NCBI GenBank assembly: GCA_934232895.1
Contig: CAKQGH010000006.1
Span: forward strand, 138 to 64,137
Reading direction: 5' to 3'
From: an uncultured Alphaproteobacteria bacterium
GTDB lineage: Bacteria > Pseudomonadota > Alphaproteobacteria > Rs-D84
DNA length: 64,000 bases
Part shown: positions 63,501 to 64,000 of the stretch, piece after piece
Position numbering within the stretch: position 1 is the first letter of the stretch
Layout: each line of letters opens with the position of its first letter
Made by a program: the position numbers and the translations under genes
The notes under the pieces: model-generated
Told to the model about the DNA's origin: nothing
The model's input: only the letters and a program-made list of their open reading frames with translations
Database searches by the model: none

Positions 63501-64000
63501 ATATTGTGCGGGTGGCACAATCGTGAACTGGGGTGGTACTGGTGGACGCACATTATGCACGGCGGGCACATACAACCCGAACACTGGGTCAAGCCTGGCC
63601 ACGGCATGTGTTAAATCAGACGCCGGATATTATGTTGGCACCAATGGTGCAACCGCACAAACGGCATGCACGGGCGCAACATATACCGACACGACTGGCG
63701 CCACCAAATGCACCACATGCCCAACGGCAACCAAGTACGCAGATGCATTAGCACAGTATTCGTATTACAATACTGGCACAATTGGTGACCACACGACCAA
63801 GACCAAATGCCAGGCGGTGTTTAATTCCACAATTGATCATGGAACATTGGTAAATGATGCGTGCTATTTGGGTTCGGACGATGATTACGGTACCAGCACC
63901 AGCAGCGGCGCATCGACATGCTGGTTGTTAAAGGATGGTCTGAGCTGTGATGGTGGGTATTATAATAAATCACAGTACGCGGCAACTCGTGCGACGGTAT
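48574..64000 (+). CDS. Giant secreted Cys-rich mosaic protein 3, 3'-truncated by the window (>5,140 aa): Flg_new repeats, CxxC repeats, VDWGDG domain plus LRR-like repeats, long array of novel Cys-rich modules
   Basis: It is not in the ORF track because it has no stop inside the window. After 48535, every plus-strand track ORF lies in one of the other two frames. I translated the remaining frame without stops at 48535-48700, 51781-52800, 55801-56760 and 63523-64000. GTG 48574 follows GGAAAAGAG (alternative ATG 48535). Signal peptide (M)GILSRNLRFLGAIFVMVFGALFGALPARA. By homology with giant 2 the stop is expected ~317 nt beyond the window. Confidence 0.85.
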   Translation, partial: MGILSRNLRFLGAIFVMVFGALFGALPARAVYIEYEDCTNGSVCTETALDQNVALTFPLPNGNWASPGWAVFSKEIKPASVCFDNGDYGGAIELYTSQIGTVWVYLQCNESTGYYDTVFSHTQADGNQNSELSSGWGYLSVGPGYYATRGNIFLIDPYVGKWLDYYGDVETCDGMCGDGVIVVRDVQKCPAGYYCPGAGPFVQLLYNDENIYGRIKCPDGTYSEPGATSVNDCVPYEQADDGAKQYLATCEYTYDNMDAKISCREGLVRDCWCKLAEDDTSQAVLNDCSADVQEDGNGNRYCVVNYVDIADSTYRAYCRPSTREEDGRSEDDTLNSEIIYCEARLSSKSGATKYYVKYDLNGGIWQNSDTTGVTNYIDDGSGSCSDEDRVYLGEPYRADCTFDYWIDANRDDDEPFNGTTDPEKNQYFCPGDFQGVSVRAKWSCEPGLTKAVRECAAGEYLPAGQDDCVVCPPDGSGVYCPGGVFGAIGDGGYTEDQGRFECAIGSYEDDGNLGDTGGVKQCTACDGGYTTPKAGAPNHYSCDTCDNNTSGVSSWATPVWNSNNYVNNLCQISSCHTGYKSVTGDGVDGRCSIITYSITYNLNGGKNPSGTRTSYNVKSSTYTLPTPTKSGYTFGGWYTNSGLTGNAVTTIAAGSIGNKTFYAKWTANGITCAAGKYLPANSTTCTTCPAGSYCPGGTWSQSSSAQGLNTCPSFGDVNSNFDSLVAGDNSCMVDGGFAPDVTGITSKSGCVYDATCGTKASWVERRGFSSASATSYDKLIGTYYFDVPAGYGYYMSGPTTKCLNTLGSGPKTSGVGYSTLTKCETGYYCPGGNSYANSAVTCGGTNNPQIIGRTQCPTGYTSAAGATSASACTAATYKVTLDKQSGTGGTSEYYYQYNTKGTCYYYTTSALSTCTDSSDGQNITKPTRTGYDFKGYYTGTDGTGTQYVNASGLAINNLYKTAGNRTLYANWSPKTWYVYFYDDVAAGACSGFVGVYSLEYGNTASGINQPDGCEWYDDDGYSVMPKGDAPNGYRFAGWYTGENGTGIQLTDENGRILDNVFTTDFGDDGAEIAAYAKFVPNVTPTFTVTVKTTEANTAFSFKLAATGTFYVDWGDGSAMETITRTNTTQTTYSHTFATAGTYTVGFAGRATGYVTQPTLSDSACTSNAGTSACGNSIPAFTLQGMGKYIYGMSGSIGSIFPTLASGAQPGFRFAFSSIQATSIPENLFSGITGTPTACMFNDTFYGAKITSIPENLFHGITGTAPGLFSGTFWGTKITSIPAGLFSTITGTLQPYMFEATFIDTTAVTSVPAGLFGGVTGAPARCAFKDTFRSAEGVTALPANLFPNLSGKPGYYSLKNMFALASNLAGYVPQTMFSNLDSTGYSAGPMDSIFVDTKLETTCPAGKYQYLTGFEDDWESGIVCSDCAQTPYTDSGTDTETITNGSRSRTKTRSCYKTSVAGNKGGIAACDASTSCGAYTYGDWTYTCNTGYHLSGTTCVANTYTIKYQSGVNGATVLGTMPDTTCTYDQDCKLAPNGFSIHEKWKFIGWSRQILADAEYANGATVRNLTSRNGGTVYLYGIWEDCPACNATNANCTLTAPLGVCTYTTSCKTGYGNIQNNGAYNASCSASTYTITLRDYADANTHSTIYQVYGSKYYSDTSTETAITKATVPTRSGYKFRGFYTVKQSDLTGNGGSGTRRITSDGTLPGNTTFTASTKLYAAWAQDCTTPSNGTCSLTINTDGTATYTASCNSGYTVSGATTATPSCTANTYTVTYAANGGTGSNQTQSVTYKSSFTTKASSTFTRSGYTFAGWGGNYPKSNTAYTYTTTGNTTLNAQWCQNCASVSNGSCTLTVNEATGACTYTTSCNAGYTISNNGKYNPTCTANTYTVSFNANGGSGGQSTSVTATYGAAMPAISTTAPTRTGYTFGGWYDTSAATGGTQYYTAAGASARSWNKTANTTLYARWTVKSIKCAAGKYLPAGKDACATCVAGYACAGGTWTYDGDEHGRTQCTGATYAGAGATQCTSCPSPYTYDVSAGKTKIEQCTVQTTAGSYIKDAKGDKVSCPTGYYCPSAVVAYGSTNSPTACPAIASHTPTTWQSNYYNPTPVSSEFTSAGGESIDRCAVTYTLKNDRGTISTLKMYNPETDKYDYGWQNDYYMLYISLNPGYYFTKKWSVTLSDGEHTMCDESADNPKIYVDAAPCPAGSYCPGYVDSLDMNGGTHPDSWPKCSDGEYTDTMGIYACPTTYPNSAAKSSAIEQCWLTTTAGKYVATARADQVQCLANNYCAGGTTVNYGSTGGMQSCATGYESAAGASSCTATTYSITYNLNGGTNAAGAKTSYTIETADYTLPTPTKTGYTFGGWYENSGLTGSAVTKIAKGSTGNKTYWAKWTIKSVNCAAGKYLPANSLTCGDCTAGYACAGGTYSYSSSTQGRSACTGRTKYSAAGAASCNTVSSGYYTTGCNSSNNNCTGQTQCTGTTYCSGGVKSDCPSGYTANTTAGKTAASQCTISVPAGKYLGTANGTTTTSCAAGTYKAAHTVNYGSTSSCGACTGRTKYSASGAASCSTVSSGYYTTGCNTSGNNCTGQSQCDGGVYCTGGIQNDCPTAETGWTQGTGKGWSAVTSCFETKAATSVSTYCSAGQLKKNATSSTAWGTSTISTALQAKAGSFVSGQTCTQCTGASYSAGGTATSCTSCPSGYAANTDNGKTAATQCEISIAAGKYLGTAKGATTTSCAAGTYKAAHNVSYGSTSSCSACSGRTKYSAAGAASCSNVGSGYYTTGCDTSGNKCTGQKQCTSGTWCAAGVMNQCSSLAGVSSAGGVYSSAVGSTANTACKYTAPTQIITGCLSVISNTVTYTGSAWPKTTYEADAAAGYIVANNNTAGATCTQCTGATYSAGGRATSCTACPTGYTANTDNGKSAASQCTISVTGGHYIGTAGQNSTNWGTCAAGSYKAAHTVNYGSTSSCSACTGRTKYSASGAASCSTVSTGYYTTGCNTSNNNCTGQKQCTSGTWCASGVMNQCSSLSGVSVSGGTYSSAAGSTANTACKYTGPSKTLSGCKTVTTNTVTYTGTAWPATTYSVTANGGYIISNNNQAAAACTQCSGAVYSAGGTATSCAACPSAESGWTQGTGKGWSAVTSCFETKAATSASTYCSAGQLKKNATSATAWGNSTISTALQAKPGSIVSGQTCTQCSGAKYSAGGTATSCASCPAATSGWTLGTGTGWSAVTSCYQTKAATSVSTYCAAGQLKQNATSATAWGNSTISTALTAKPGAIVSGQTCTQCTGTSYSAGGTATLCELCPDGYTNDIGNGKTSASQCAISVDGGHYIGTAGQDSTNWGTCAAGTYKDIHLVYYGSTSSCSACTGRTKYSASGASACSTVSNGYYTTGCNTSNNNCTGQSQCTSGTWCASGVMNQCSSLTGVSVSGGTYSSAAGSTANTACKYTGPSKTLSGCKTVTTNTVTYTGTAWPATTYSVTANGGYIISNNNQAAAACTQCGTGKYSAGGTATSCSSCPTADSGWTATAPAGSTSYSACYEYQTPANCASGSVKRTATSATAYGTTIALLNKLSSKAGYYASATATSCTICPTGSSCAAGATAPMVCANWTYAPKTGMSSCTACPALTTGWSKFDSSSDGWKSHTMCIQVSPTPDSCSAGNLKQVASADGATTWGTSSVNTALKATAGNYVAGTSCTSCRGLGGGFYPNSDADNAGGASACYTNSISGGYVASATDHQATDCAAGTYKGAHTVHFGSTSSCDSCMGRTKYSAAGASACSTVSTGYYTTGCDTSSNKCTGQSQCDGSVYCTGGVQKNCPAAESKWTLGTGKGWSAITSCFETIQVADEVQYCSAGQLKKNATTDGAWPTVATTSVAIQAKPGSVVVGQSCAQCSGASYSAGGTATQCSSCPTATSGWTRNTGTGWSKVEQCNQTKTVGGNCAAGQLKQNATSATAWGASTISIALSAKPGAFVNGQTCSQCNGALYSAGGTVTSCSSCPTATSGWTISSGIGWTKVEQCNQTKTVGGYCSAGALIQNATSSTTWGTSEILTELQAKPGSIVSGQTCTQCSGAKYSAGGTATSCASCPAATSGWTLGTGTGWSAVTSCYQTKAATSVSAYCAAGQLKQNATSATAWGTSTISTALTAKAGAIVDGQTCTQCSGATYSGGGVVTQCSVCPTGYDANIVNGKTAASQCQIKCSAKTVVSIVNGSCTALTTGGYYKGEHLVNYGSTSSAEQCPAGYRDGAVGAAITDCAKSVAGGNYVRTAKDENASTCVAGTYRTAHTVTYGNTSSCSACNGRTKYSAAGAASCSNVSTGYYTTGCNTNNNNCTGQSQCDGSVYCTGGILNNCPTAETGWTQGTGKGWSVVTSCFETKAATSVSTYCASGVLKKNATSGTAWGTSTISTALTAKAGAIVDGQTCTQCSGASYSAGGTATLCELCPAGYEANIGNGKTAATQCEISVDGGHYIGAAGQNSTNWGTCVAGTFKANHFVRYGNTSSCDACTSRTKYSAAGASACSTVSGGYYTTGCTGEDKCTGQAQCTSGTWCASGVMNQCSSLSGVSVSGGSYSSATGSTANTACKYTGPLQIIDGCSYVTPNTVTYTGTTWPESTYMVDAMPGWYVVGDNTADATCKQCSGAVYSAGGKATSCASCPSATSGWTRNTGTGWSKVEQCNQTKTVGGYCSAGELKQNATSATAWGTSTISVPLQAKAGSIVSGQTCAQCSGAKYSAGGTVTSCTACPTADTGWTLGTGTGWTSYSACYEYQTPTNCASGSVKRVASDASAYSATITLRNTLSSKAGYYASTTATSCTICPKGSSCAAGAVNPTACANWTFADKTGMSSCTSCPSVTSGWSKSNTTGTGWTSYSQCQQTTGTPEHCVSGGLKQTATSSTTWGASTVNVALSADAGYYVNGTACSICTGATYSGGGTLTKCDECPTIYTHNTTDGKIHIDQCQAKTTAGKYIKTENDDMETVCAAGGYCAGGTIVNWGGTGGRTLCTAGTYNPNTGSSLATACVKSDAGYYVGTNGATAQTACTGATYTDTTGATKCTTCPTATKYADALAQYSYYNTGTIGDHTTKTKCQAVFNSTIDHGTLVNDACYLGSDDDYGTSTSSGASTCWLLKDGLSCDGGYYNKSQYAATRATV
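52204..52752 (+). repeat. Five to six tandem 26-32-aa LRR-like repeats inside giant 3 (F..TF.g.kITSIPenLF.GiTG...)
   Basis: Direct translation gives FRFAFSSIQATSIPENLFSGITGTPTACM / FNDTFYGAKITSIPENLFHGITGTAPGL / FSGTFWGTKITSIPAGLFSTITGTLQPYM / FEATFIDTTAVTSVPAGLFGGVTGAPARCA / FKDTFRSAEGVTALPANLFPNLSGKP... Confidence 0.7.
56395..63330 (+). repeat. Array of ~13 copies of a ~85-aa Cys-rich module (SGWT.GTG.GWS...C..TK...YC.AG.LK.NATS.T.WG...GQTC.QC.G..YSAGG...SC..CP), interleaved with CTGRTKYSA.GA.SC and other CxxC units
   Basis: Module landmarks (K/Q-N-A-T codons or variants) lie near 56509, 58061, 58332, 59233, 59565, 60135, 60403, 60668, 60942, 61733, 62632, 62890 and 63215. I translated one copy fully (56395-56650). 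Confidence 0.7.
63523..64000 (+). repeat. Near-identical copy of the giant-2 C-terminal region (46239-46716)
   Basis: Constant offset of 17,284 nt with only a handful of mismatches in 478 nt. Out-of-frame track ORFs 46249-46467 and 63533-63751 differ at 2 of 72 residues. Confidence 0.9.

Noticed and set aside
26038-64000. The giant-gene region as a classical mobile genomic island or prophage
   Set aside because: No integrase, transposase, phage or conjugation gene is present and there are no flanking direct repeats. An essential rnpB gene sits in the middle. The repeats present are small non-autonomous elements.

Overview
The window appears to come from an alphaproteobacterium: it carries gcrA and the order ruvB-ybgC-tolQ-tolR-tolA. 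The first ~26 kb is mostly housekeeping: corA, tRNA-Pro(GGG), acpS, an adenylate-kinase-family gene, rpsA, tig, rplM-rpsI, argS, an EnvZ/OmpR-type two-component pair, ruvB and the tol genes. It also holds an operon of uncharacterised secreted proteins. From ~26 kb to the window end, 57% of the window is three tandem, same-strand giant paralogous genes. They are 27568-37752 (3,394 aa), 37902-47033 (3,043 aa) and 48574->64000 (>5,140 aa). The third runs off the window, which is why the ORF track does not list it. All three encode signal-peptide-bearing, roughly 10% cysteine mosaic proteins. The modules are Listeria-Bacteroides (Flg_new) repeats, ephrin-receptor-like/furin-like CxxC repeats, EGF-like units, an LRR-like block, and at least two repeat types I cannot assign to a known family. 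RNase P RNA (rnpB) lies antisense between giants 2 and 3. Five gene-free intervals consist of nested palindromic repeats, including a ~175-bp MITE-like element in four copies. Two four-helix-bundle (23S-IVS/Avd family) genes sit inside perfect 21-27 bp inverted repeats made of heptamer arrays. One of these cassettes lies between tolR and tolA. No integrase, transposase, CRISPR array, reverse transcriptase or dedicated secretion machinery is visible. All family assignments come from reading motifs by eye. No database search was run.
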